64,000 bases of DNA from contig NC_068981.1 of assembly GCF_001194135.2 (NCBI RefSeq), positions 142,801,841 through 142,865,840 on the forward strand. Reading direction: 5' to 3'. Source of the stretch: Octopus bimaculoides. Lineage: Eukaryota. Both the position numbers and the translations under genes were made by a program. Shown here in pieces: positions 51,150-64,000 of this stretch (position 1 is its first letter; the number at the start of each line of letters is the position of its first letter). The notes beneath the pieces are model-generated. The model saw nothing but the letters and a program-made list of their open reading frames with translations, searched no databases and was not told the DNA's origin.

Positions 51150-53050
51150 GCACAAATATGTCTTTCTTTCTGTTCACCTCTTGCATGTCCTCGTCCCTCG
51201 AGGAGACAATGTATCGTTTCGGTTTGTTTTACCAGACCACATTTTGCTTCAGTTAATGACGCCCTTTCATTCTCAGTGGTAACATCGACAAAACTGACAT
51301 CGAACAGAATGACTTGTCAGTACTATAATTTTTATGATGTCTACTTTGATAATTATTGTCGACCTATATTGCTTAGAACCCAACTAATTCAATTTTATTG
51401 CAAAATCTTTGTATGCTGGACACATAGAATCAATGAGAAGTGGATAGATTGAAATCTGGATTATGGCATGGGATTATCAGTGATACCACTCATGTTCATA
51501 TGTCCCCTACGTAGCTGCCCATTCCCTACTGTGCAGATTACTATGTAGCCTTTTACTTGTTTGCTATGTTCGATAGATATCTGCTAAAGAAATCCTCGAT
51601 CTTAATGCGACGACACTTTCAAAAGCATATCACCCAGGCACCAGTAATTTCCATCATATTGCGACTGCCAATATCGCTTAATTGTTTGGAACATAGAAGC
51701 CCTGCAGCTTATTTTCTGAAGAAGTAACAATTGTTTAAATTTTCTCTCTGCTTAGCTGCTAGTTATTTTACCGACTGTGTGGGGTATAAAAGGAAAAGTG
51801 GACGCTTGTGGGATTTCATCCTAGAACATCATGGGATTCCATCGGCCAATCTATTGATTCTGTCAATCCAGTAATAACAACACTGAAAATATTAATGAGT
51901 TCCGGATTGACTGTCAACATGGATTATGAAAACATATCTCTTTGAAAAACCTAAACAGCAAAAATCAAATAAAACTCCTGTATCGAAGATCAAATTTTAC
52001 AAAGCAATTAGATAGTGGCGCACAGCTAATACATGTTCTTATTATCTCCAAAATATCCTTTTTCAAATAGGAAATGACAACTTACGATCACAATAACGTA
52101 GCATGCACGCAAAACAGCAACAAAGCAAAATGAATCGACTTAAAACAAAAGCAATGCTTAATATATCAACTATGACTAACACTGCAAACAGCAATACAAA
52201 CAACGCACGCCGAGTCACGATTTATGAGAAATGGCTTAATTTAAGTCAATCACGCTACGATAGCACGTGTAAATCAAGAGTTAGAAGCAGTCCCTTCTTC
52301 AAGTATTAAACATCAGCAAAAGCTTAGGATGCCTCTTGAAAATTTCCATCAAAAAGTGAATGCTAAAAAGACATACAGAGAAATGCTAGATGTATAGTGC
52401 CGAGCCAACAAGGAAGAATCTAGATACTTATTGCAAATATTAGATTTGGAAGCTACATTTCCATTAATGTTTAGTTTACCATCATTAAAATACATAAATG
52501 TATACTGGTTACGTAATCATGAAAATTATATTCTAGGAAAGAGAAATATGAAAACATTGCTATTGCTTGCATTGCCGGACAAACGTTGGATATCCTAATG
52601 AAGAAGAAAAAACGGGCAAAGAACCTTGATGTTCAATAGAACATGCAAACAAAATTAAAAAGTAGCTGCTCTTTAATTAGACTTAATATCTTCAAAATTG
52701 TTACGTACTTTTTAGTAAAATACTCATTTAATATTGTCAAGCAACTGCGTTTCCTAATATTTCAGATGAGGAAGCCTGACTTCGTAAACTATTGCACAAT
52801 TAGCACGACAAAATTAAGTGTTACAAGCTGTTGTCTTCATTTAAAACTGATTAGCTCCCCTAGGAATGCATTTACAATATCTCAGCCCATCACCCTCAGA
52901 ATTAAAAGTAGTAAACACAACGCAATTTCATTTGAAATAGGAAAGGCAACGTTCACAGCTCCCTTAAATATCATTTTATTGAACGATAAAGAATAATCAA
53001 TACATATGGCATTCACATCACAGGGCTCAGGGAATAAATTTAGTTTTCTT
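51150..53050 (+). mobile_element. Possible highly decayed DIRS-like (tyrosine recombinase) retrotransposon
   Basis: Ordered weak motifs: KAYHPGTSN (RNase H end-like), KTLLLLAL/GQTLDIL and KLISSPRN..TIS..RIKS..FTA (YR-like). Confidence 0.3.
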
Positions 53051-53329
53051 ATGAAAACCAAAACTGGTCTTCGCAAATCCCTAATTGCACACTGGAAAGA
53101 AGAAATACATGAAATAAAGACCTCATAATAGACATAAAATGAAATATACTGTTGCTATTTACAACAACTGCCAATTTGAAATCAAGTATAATACAGTGTA
53201 TATGCATTCATAACAAATTACAACTCAGAAACTTAGGTTATTAATATGGTTCTGAATGTGTTTTAATACATACATACATACATACATACATACATACATA
53301 CATACATACATGCATAAATACAGTAAACA

Positions 53330-55900
53330 TCACGGAAGCCCCTTCACAAGGAGATATAGACTCCTTCTGGAGGGAACTCTAGAGTGAAGAGAAGGAATTT
53401 AACTAAGATGCTCTGTGGTTGGAAGAAAGCCGAAAAAGTTATTACTCCTGTGTTACATCCAAGACATGTAGCATTGATGGTGAAACTGTTGCAACTGTGA
53501 TTCAGAAGCTCCAGGAGGCAAAAGCACCTGAAAGACACTTGATTCTTGGATATTGGTACGAGAAGGTAACATTCTACCGACCATATCCTATCAATCTGTA
53601 CCAGCAAGCTCTCATTGTGAACAGTAGCCTACCACACCGGTTAGGTCTGGCATACCACACTGGTTAGGTCCCCAAATGAAGAACTACCCACATGGCAAAA
53701 CACTACCGGCCAATTGTATGCCAGAATTAATGTATTAAATATATACGGCATGTGTTAACCCCTTCCTCAGGGACCATTCTGAAACCAATAACATTATCAC
53801 AGCAAAACAAGCAGCTGGGAAGAATGGAGTCTGAGGATGTTCCGAGCAATTGCTAATCGACAAAACGGTGATGTCAAAGGTGCGCGATAATAGAAGAACC
53901 ACGTGGCTAGACTACAAGGAATAATAGAAGAACCACGTGGCTAGACTACATTGATGGATGCTTGAATTCCTTCAACTTGCTAAAGTTCCTGTGAGGATAA
54001 CCAAAGCCATAGCTGATCTGACTTCATCGTGGATAACCATCTTGAAATTAAACACAAAAACTGACTGTGTTATCACCGATAGAATACAGAATCGCAAAGC
54101 ATATTCCAAGGAGACAGCCTAAATACCAAAATTACATACCGTTTCGTTGTGGATGACTTAAAACATCATACCAAGAATATGTATGGAGATGAAAAAGAGC
54201 CTTGACTTTGTTACAACATTCTCAAAGGACGTAGGGTTGGAGTTTGCTCAGGATAATTGTTTTATGGTTGTGAAAAGGGGGAAAGCTATAAACCAGACTA
54301 CTAACATCTCCATCAATGATTGGACTGTTTCCCCTGCATCTGACGAGGTATCGGGGGTGGGGATGAAAATGTATCTTAGAATGGCACCTATAACGAAACA
54401 GGTGTTACTAAAGAATATTATGAAAATTTGGACATCAGAACTCTCTGCATTCAATAAAACAGTGGCCCGCAATGTGTTTGCAGTGCCAGCACTCATACCA
54501 TCATTTGTGATGCTTGCTTGAACGCTTGATGAGATCCGAGCCATTGATGTAAAAGCACGAAAAGTATTAAAAAGCAGACATAATTTCCACATAAATAGTT
54601 ATGTATACTGCCGCTATCTAAAACGAAAACAAGAGGGAAGAGGCTCATCATCGATCAAAAATGCCTTTGATTGTCACATAATACCCATTCAGCAACATCT
54701 TTTAAGCACAAAGAATCGAAGTCCATCCCTTGAACAAGTTTTCATACATGAAGTTATCAGCTTATTGTATGAAGACTTGGAAGGCAGCTCCTTGAGCAAC
54801 ACACTTTCTCTGATATACTAGAATACATGCCCAAAGAGGTCGCACGATTCTACCGCAATGTATCATGAGATGAAAGGATGAGCTTATATAAACAGAAAAT
54901 TATGCATGTATATGTTAGGAGAAAGCTCCGTGATGATAGTAACATCGATCATCAAAGCAGTTTATCATGGCGCAATAGCTGAAATACGACCTCCCACTTT
55001 GACGGGTATACGTTTGCAATCCATGAGCAGGAAATATCAGCCAAATACCTGATGCACAAAAGGGATACCGATGCAGGAATAGCAGTAAAATGTGACAACC
55101 GATGCAGACATTGTGGAGGTCACACTGAAGATATCACACACATCATAAGCAGTTGTCCGATAATATCATCAAGGTATTATCTGCCGATGAAACATGATGT
55201 TGTAGATAGGGCGCTCTATAATGAAATATTTCGGAAGGATAATCCCGAAGACAAAGAAATAAGAACCACCCACAATATGGTAAACGCCAAAGCCTCTCAT
55301 AATAAAAAAAAAGGGAATACTGGTGCAATATCCCAGTGAAGACCTCAATAAATAAAATACAAGGGCAACAGATCTGATATAATGATTTTGGATAGAGAAG
55401 AGAAACTGTGCACAGTTGTGGAAATTAGCTGCTCAGCAGATGTTAACATATAGCTAAAGTTGAGGGAAAAAGAGAACACCTATGCTGAACTATTGAGAAA
55501 TCTCCAGTTATTCTATCCCAAAGCTTCTCAAAACCATAAAGGAGAAAGCTAATTCGAAGGTTACAGAACCAGCCCATCACAGGAACTGTAAAAATCTGTA
55601 AAACTTTCGGAAAGATTATCATTTAAATAGATATGAGCATGTCTCGATATGCACTTATATGCATGAGAATACATACATAAAACATGCACATACATACAAA
55701 CATTCACTTACATACATACATGCATACGTACTTATATACTACAAAAATACCCTGTTGTTGATGTCCATATTCCAATAAAGGAGCCTTGGATGAAGGTTAG
55801 AAACTGGTTCTTTCTCTATTCGCAAGAAATTTTGAAATAAACTGAATAATGACATACATACATACATACATACATACATACATACATACATACATACATA
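53330..55900 (+). mobile_element. RLE-type LINE family C, 5'-truncated, RT plus CCHC plus endonuclease, heavily mutated
   Basis: PSQGDIDSFW..KAPERHLILGYWYEK, WLDYK (in a tandemly duplicated segment at 53887-53950), IFQGDS, VDDL, CRHCGGHTEDITHIISSCP. The 3' UTR is shared with 38320-38600. Confidence 0.9.
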
Positions 55901-58900
55901 CATGCACGTATGTGTCTATGTTTTGTGTATATCCACACAGGCCATCAGGAAAACTTGATACAATCAAACACAAAAGTGAACGCCGAGGCAGACAAGGTAT
56001 TTTGATGAAAAAATATGAGAAGTTTCCGATGTAGTGGAAATCTGGACATAAGTTTTACATTGCAAAATTTCCACTCTAGAATTTCCAGTTACCTCAACAA
56101 AACTACTTCTTACATATACAACCGTAAACTCATTGCAAACATTACCCCAGATTTTCTCTAACCACTTCCCTCTCTTTATTGCAATGTACTCATGCATGAA
56201 TGAGGAAACGAAAAGCACTTTCCCAAACATCAAAACACCAGTTGAACGATTTCCTACAGGAGAATGGAATCTTTGTTTGCAGAATTCATCAACACCATAG
56301 TCACCATCCAAAAGACACTGCAGTACATACATCCAACAAAATAACGGTCAATGTAAGCGTAAATATATTCCAGAAGGCAATTTTTAAATATAAAACCCTA
56401 GTTAAACAGACACGCTTGATTTTAAAAATCTAAGGATCACCTTATATCCAGTGCCCATTCCTATAAAAAAAGAGAAGTAAAATATACCATTATCCAACTA
56501 AACAAATAACGACAAAAAACCCCCACAGAAATACAATAAAATGGAATATATTTGTGTTGATGTAAGCCCGTGAATTACAATAATTCTAAATCCAGATAAT
56601 GTATTCCCACACAGTGAAATCATTTCATATACCCACACTCCAGCGTTTTAGAATGATTCACATTCAATATAAATAATCTAAACCTCGATTTCTTTTGTAA
56701 TACGGATTCATTCCATTACTCTGAGCTGCCACACTAGACATAGAATACAAGAGGCTTCCGCTGCAAGAATCGCAACTACCATCAACTTCACAAAAGATTT
56801 CGATGTTGCGGTTGTCTATGCACTCATACACAAAATATTCAGCACTTCCTTCGGAAATTAAGTAAAGAAATATCAGTTAACAGTTTATCTTACAATTCGA
56901 TAAACTTACTCTAAAAGAAAATTCGAAGTCAGAACATCAATCTCTTATTTTTACTACGCAAGATAGCTCCATCCATTCCATTCATTCTCTCTGTTGCTCT
57001 CTTCCTCTCTCCCTTTTATTTCTTGATTGTACTTGCCGTTCTTTCAAGCCTCCAGAAATATACAGACAACATAAGACACATATGACTTCACACTTTATAT
57101 AAGCACAGTTGCAAATCGTGGAGGAAAAACGTAGTGACCCAGCTCAAGCATATAAATATAAAATTGTTCATATTTAGTAACCCGTCTCTATTCTGAAAAG
57201 AAATATGAGCGAACATCGAATACCACAAATCATAAATACTAGCTACAGAAGCAGTATTAAAACCGATTGAAAATCTTTGTATACTACTCAATATGAAAAT
57301 ATTATTACAACGATGAATACTGCGGTATTCTCCTTGAGAGATCCTCTTATACAGACGCGTTGTGCTAAGAGAACACACATATATAGTTAAGAGACGATAA
57401 CCGTCCGGCGTTGGCACCGGGTCTGAGTAATCACGTGATTTCAGTCTACTCCGATCTCTCAATGAAAGGTGTCAGTCCACCGCACTATAAATTATGAAAG
57501 AAGCGCTCGACTAACTCAAAACTATAAAATACTGATGGGCACATACTGATAATTATAGACAATGCAGAGCTCACACACACAAAAAAAAAACATTTTTCAT
57601 CTTTTCAATCAAAATGTCGGCAACCTTCCATCGTACTTTAAATAATCGAGATTTCAATAGGAAAATAAGTTATACCCATCACGAATTACATCATGATTTG
57701 TTGCGTACCCTGGTTTTGTACAATAATAGCCTAAAATATACTGCAAAATAACTCCACATAACAGTGTACAGTGCTGTGCTTCTTTACGGATCCGATAGAC
57801 GCTTACACAACAGTATTATTTACTGAAAACCACAGAAAAGCTGGACATGAAAGGAAGAGATTAATGTCACAGCATTGATCAAGATATCTGTTTCTGCGTG
57901 TAAAGTAAAAAGATCACCAAACAATCAGACCCATCTACAACATCTCTGTTTAACTGTGCAACTATAATAAAAAAAAATAATATCTCCTTTAATCCAGCCA
58001 ATAAAGTATAAAATAAAAATAATAATAGACACAGAAATACTCACATCATGATTATTATAAGGAAACATATGAGCTATCATGAGTTGTATATCGACGATTA
58101 TTGGTGCAAATATGCGGCAACAATCGTGATTAGACAGCGTTGAAGACTTAGTATGATTTTAAACGCTCGCTGTATCTACTAGTAGTAACAACCGTTTCAC
58201 CGTCAAAACGAGGAACATATTGGATATATTGTGCCTTAGAAAAGGATGGGATGACACTAACTGAAACACATTTGATCACGGGTGTCCTCTCACAGTACCG
58301 ATATAGAGCTACGCTAACGCGAACACAAGATGAACAAATAATGGAAGCAGCAGAATGTGCAGAAGGAAATATATACACAATGCATGATTAACCACTGATA
58401 TTGGAACGAAAGGTCGACTTGCGCATATACGAAAGTAACATCACTATATCAAATACCTGCCACCAGCACAAAGGCTATGTACGAAGTATAGAACGAAAGA
58501 AGCAAATAAAAATATAAATCATGCTCCAATATTTTGGTGAGTGTCCGCATGTAATACCCGAAGAGAGATCAGAAATAGAAGTAGCAGAACTCAAACAAAT
58601 AAAATGATTGAACTGGCCACATACTAAACATATGATCTTACAAGACAAGGAAAGCATCGTGAAATACTACACCCCTTACAAAGCATCTAAACTCTCATAA
58701 CTGGGGAATATGAAGACACCAATAAAAATTGAGCATGGAAGAAGAACGAAATTAAATATTAATGAAATGCGATACCATGTAAATAGAAAACATATTGGAT
58801 GTAAGTGGAAGATTGTAAATGTGTTACTTTTAAAGTTATGCTGTATAAAATAATTTGTACATGGTTAGCGCTTCTTCAAGCAGAATCATAGTGAAACTAA

Positions 58901-59903
58901 TACTAAAATATTCTACCATAACTTGAATAACGTTCACAAGAAATAAATATAGAAATACATTAGCAGAAAGTGTGAAATGAATCTATAAAACATGATCATA
59001 TCCACAAGCAACTGGAATACACCCAAAATTGATAAACCGTTCCAAGTTATGTTTAGAATATTTAAACAGTATATGCAACGGCTTGCATCAGCAATCAGTT
59101 AATTAAAAAATATCATCCAGCTAACAATACATCAATAGTCATTAAGAGCAAAAGCAACATTTTAATTACAAGAATCAAAGGCAAAAATACACACATAACT
59201 TCGGAATATAACGTGTCTGTCAAAATCTTGCGAAGCACCGGCATTTATATTCTGCTACGAGTTAGCTACATAAATGTAGATTAACATCTTAGAAGAGCGG
59301 AGACTATGTCAGAAATATTTGACTCCCTCTGTTATAAATTATAAATTATAAATAAATAAAAGAGAAAACAAAGCCCAAAGCGTGAATATTCAAGATGAAT
59401 TAAATAACTGACCGCATATAAAAGAATACTACCAAGGCCTTAGTAAAATGGAATATAACAACATTTAAAACCTGAGGAAATAATAGAAACAGACCTACCC
59501 TCATAGAGTAAAAGCATTTTATTGTGATTCATTATTCTCACAACATTTCTCTTCAGCCGAGACTGCTACAACAGTGTTGCCGATTGAAATTATCAATGGT
59601 TGCATATTATATGGGAAAGCGTTAAACCTTATTCTCAATATCGATGAGTTAAACTATACCTGTAAGTGACAGCGACCATTTGAAATGCATACAAAATTGA
59701 ACACGAAGTCAGAAATGACATGAACATGAGAATGATATATAGTAAATGTGACAAATTTTAAATAATCTTGAAATGGAAATAACCTTGTGGCTGGATATGA
59801 AAGCAAAACTGTAGCAATTCTAACCAGACCACCAGACGAGATGACAGCGTTAAAATGATATCGGACAATTATAAATCATAAAGTTAACTCAGCTACTTAA
59901 TCT

Positions 59904-60300
59904 TACGAGGTGCATCCTACATTCTATGTAAGTCATCGTATGTTGCTTTAAAAGAGTCACCTTACAATCGCGTGCTTCCAGTCTAAACGTTGCTCTCCTC
60001 CGCGAATATTTAACAATTTCTGAGTTATATTGTGACACACAATTGATTGGCACACACCCAGTTAAAGCTCGACACGTCTATAGGAAATAATCCAAGAATC
60101 TTTGTATTGCAGAGCTGCGTGTGATTTTACTTCAAGGAGACAAGTTCTACCGACATCAAAAGGACAACAGCTGCGCAAACTGTCGGCCACTTCTAGAATC
60201 TTTTGAAATTTAGCCATGTCTATAAAGAAAATTTATACGGCATTTACCTTTGGGAATAAACAATGGCGAAATTTACCCTAGATTGTGGATATGGTAGAAT
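59904..60300 (+). mobile_element. Mariner 5' end remnant
   Basis: Starts with a tacgaggtg TIR-like sequence; a downstream piece resembles RAV..F...G at the transposase N-terminus. Confidence 0.4.
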
Positions 60301-60808
60301 AGGTTGTGGAGGAAACTGATTCCACTCTATAAGACAGCATGTTTTCTCTTCGGGTAAGGTCTCATGAATTTCAAGTACAATGTAAAGAGGAACTTGAGGG
60401 CAATCAGCGTAGAAAAAGTCGTGCTGGTTTCCATTAAGTAATATTTATTGTTAAAATATGGAAAATGTTATTGTTGACTTACGTTTGCTTTAATTTATCT
60501 GATTTACATTTACCCATAATTGGTTTTGAGAGAATTCTGTATTTCACATATGTAGAGGTCTCGATAACTGAGGCATAAAAGTAGAAGTCTTACCGGAATC
60601 GATATGCATTGCAATATTTAGTGACAGTTCATTAGGTTCTAAGTTCAAGTCCAGCCGACTTGAACTCATCCCATCGAAGTTCCACCTTCAATAAAATATT
60701 GTAGAAGTCAGTTTCAGATAGACATATCTGTAAACTCCCTTTCTTTGAAATTCAGGCAATCTTTTTTTATAATTATCATCATTCACATAATTATCATTAT
60801 TATTATTA

Positions 60809-60870
<62 letters not shown>

Positions 60871-60874
60871 GATT

Positions 60875-61860
60875 TGGTCTTATTTCTGGTAGGATCTATG
60901 TGCGTAGCCGATTACTACCTGTAACCTTATGTATACACATGTTTTCGGCAGTCTTTGAAGTGCTTAGAACCTTCCTGATAAGCCTTGCTGTCCCTAAGAG
61001 ACAAACGTTGCGTAGGAGCTCCACCGGGCATCCTATTTCAATCTCTTTCAGTCATTTGTCTATACTCGATGATTGCACCATGTGTTTCCAACTTCGAATT
61101 CCCATTTCAGGCACAATTTCCAATGTAAAACATTTACAATCCAGTCATGCCTCCATTTTTTATATTCTTCCTGTGCCAACTTGGAACTTGGGGCATCGTT
61201 CCACAATGTGTGCTATCTTGTTCCAAGTTTCACAGATTATATTTTTCTGATACATTTTCTCCATATATTTTTTCTCATGCTCTCTGACTTTTTTTTTAAT
61301 TCCCCTTTTTCTAACGAAGCCCAAAGATTTGTTCCACATACGTCTTCAATGGCTCTCCAAAATTCGCCATGCAGTGGTGTGTCTTCGATCTGTCTGATAT
61401 GCTCTCTGTATATTTCATTCTTGTCTTTTCACTTATTACGAGCTTCATTACCTGTACCTTAACTGTCTTCAGTAGTTTTTCTTTGCTACTCTGCAAATAC
61501 CCTAATAGATTTCTTCTTTCCTTCTGTACACATTCTTCTACTGGTGTTAAGCCACTTTCACCCTGGTCTCCGGTTGATACTCGGTTGATATCAGCTTTCG
61601 CCTGGTGGGATCCATATATTGTCAACCACTTCCTAATTTTCCGTCATGTCTCTTTTTATATCATTTCTGGTCCAGTTTATAATTCCTACTCCATATCTGA
61701 TGAAAGGTACAGCTCTTGAATTTATTGCCTCAATATGGTTTTTTAATTCAGATTTGACGGCAATAACTTTCCTACCCTCACAGTGGGTAAGTCACCTACT
61801 GGTAATTTGTTTCATTTCTTCATTTTTATCTCATCTGCTTCCAGTATTCCCAAGTAGTTA
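60875..61860 (-). mobile_element. RLE-type LINE fragment (post-RT region to 3' end, internally deleted)
   Basis: HQAKADINRV..GESGLTPVEECVQKERRNLLGY; IGCPVELLRNVCLLGTARLIRKVL. It ends at the (AAT)n tract at 60790-60870. Confidence 0.85.
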
Positions 61861-64000
61861 AACCACTGTTCAGACTCTGCTGACTTGGACTATACATTTC
61901 ATGTTTTCAGGTTTGATAATATAGATGCTAGTTGTGCATCGCACTTAATTTAAACGAATTACAAACTCCTGCAAAATTACTGGTCGTGTGCCACAAATTG
62001 AATCTATTATCACATGACAATTTCGTTAGCAAAATTTGAAGATGAGTGCCTTTGAGACACTTATTTAGCTTTCAACGTGCTCCTCCAAGTGCACCAATTC
62101 TATACAAGGATAATTCTCAGCTTTATATATCTCAGTCTCTTAAACTACTAGGTCCTGATATTTCTCAGTTTTCCCGATTTCTTTGGTATGCCCCCTTTTA
62201 CTGTATGGTATTACAAAATTCCTAGTCTCCCAATTTTTTTTCCTTCTACAATCATATTTGCTGTTCTTGCTTCAATAATATTAGCGGTGCCCATTTAGAT
62301 GGAGGTGGGTGGATGTTGAATTACGCCCGAGGAGCAATCGAGATATCTGGATGGAGATGTATTTGAAATGCAGAAACTGCTTCATATCCATAGATTTCGG
62401 AATACATCGAAGTCATTTTGAAAGGTAAGTATCATACACGGCACTCTTGAGGTGTAAGCATTCAGCATCTAAGAATGGGAAATCATTTTGTATATAAACA
62501 ACAGTGCATGTTGGTTGGGTGCAGGGTGTTAGTTAATGTTATAGAGGAAGAGGCTAGAGATTGTCATGGACGTGGTTGTGAGGAAAGAGCGATATGATTG
62601 AGGTAGAGCGGGATGGCATAAGAAGACTCCATAAGCTTTGATGATTCTACAGAGACATGGGTAATGAATAACTGAATAATGAGTGAAAATTGCATTTTCC
62701 AGTGTTTGGGAGTAGAGAAGACAGTTGAGGTGTACAATGCAGGGAAAATAAATTGGTTAAAGGCTGGGGTGCCAAGAGGGAAAAAGTGTAGTCTTGTAGA
62801 ATTGGCTCATCAAAAAAATGTAATACTAATGGCAGCTCAAGGAAGAAGACCAAGGAAATAAATTAGGAAGACATCCCCCTATTGACTACTCAACACACTA
62901 AAAATACCAATCCTTACGCCGCGATGGATAACGAATATAACACTGGGATAACACTAGATAACCATAACCTTGTAAATTCATCTGTAGAATTCTTCTAGAA
63001 TCCTATGCAGCTGTAAACACCCCAGCTCCTATCCATTAGATAATAGATGCCTCACTAAATATTGTCTATAAATGCATGGTATATATTGAGAAGTCCAATG
63101 ATGTATACATCCGTTTGTGCATCAGTACCTTCAAAGTCAGGGTGGGTAAGCACTATTCTAGCTTCAAACTTCAAGCAAGAACTAACAGTTTTTTTTTATA
63201 TCAGCTAATTGATAAGGTAAAGCAAAACTCGATTCTATATAATGTTCAATGGTCAATAGTTATCCATGCCAAATAGTATAACGGTTATGACAACGATCTA
63301 TTCATCGTCGAAGTATTTTCTATTATGCAATCTATCAATTGTTTGAATAAACGAAACCATCTAAGTTTCAATTGTAGACAACGATTGTAAACACTCTCAA
63401 AGTACAAATAATTGCGCCTCACCCATTTATTCCCTAACTATTCCTCTGCTCCCATTTACTGTTCTTCTATATATTTATAACAAACAACTTTTTAACTATG
63501 TTTATATTTTTATACATTATTTATATTTTTCTATTTTTTATTTTTTTTAATATTTTATATTTTCCCTACCTTTGTGATCTCTCTACACCTTTATTCTGCA
63601 CATAATCATATGCAGATGCCCATGCGCACATACACATCTACAAGATGCTATAGGCGCACAGAAAAATAAACACAGGCGCACTACTATGCGTTTGTATAGT
63701 CTTTTTCTTACCTACATTAGACATTCCCCACACCCATATATTATTTCATCAGACGTATGCTTTCCTTTTCTTCTTTCAGTCTCTGATTTCCATGCATTTT
63801 CGAGCAAGTCACCTACGAGTTTAACATGGGATCCCTTGACGAAAATGTAAGCTTAATTGATTAAGCTATCTTTGGCCTGATGGTAGTTAGTGGAGTAGTC
63901 CTCGTTGAATAATTATTATTTCTGAGGTTCAGCTAGCTAGGAAACATGTGTGACCTGGATTTTACCTAATCTCTTCCTTATATTTATGTTATATATATAT

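Noticed and set aside
56740-56870. GFRCKNR / INFTKDFD resembling LINE RT motifs
   Set aside because: The spacing between the motifs is too short and no downstream PQG/YADD motif was found; too weak to call.
62375-62430. Donor GAAAG|gtaagt with a short open frame
   Set aside because: Poor acceptor and no compatible neighbouring exons found.
1-64000. CRISPR arrays, operons or other prokaryotic systems
   Set aside because: The window is eukaryotic repeat-rich DNA; no regularly spaced repeat-spacer array or bacterial gene structure is seen.

Overview
AT-rich eukaryotic genomic DNA from a gapped draft assembly with about 11 N-runs, most next to (TA)n or other simple repeats. The SINE families, microsatellite load and transposon mix match my recollection of Octopus (cephalopod) repeats; this is inference, not a database result. 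No intact protein-coding ORF is present. The window is mostly decayed mobile elements: Penelope-like retroelements (RT and GIY-YIG), at least three RLE-type (R4/Dong-like) LINE families, CR1/L2 and Tx1/L1 fragments, several mariner remnants, a probable Chapaev-type transposase fragment and tRNA-derived SINEs. A chain of short, phase-compatible candidate exons (+ strand, about 26-39 kb) may be the 3' end of an unidentified host gene. The most notable signals are: (i) a repeated Penelope terminal module of tRNA-like head, (AAT)n and a minimal hammerhead ribozyme motif; (ii) a second hammerhead-like motif with a compensatory U3-A8 core, present as an inverted pair; (iii) apparent microsatellite-specific LINE insertion; (iv) a GC-rich island bounded by ~125-bp direct repeats; (v) several long inverted repeats. 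Element boundaries were read by eye and are approximate.
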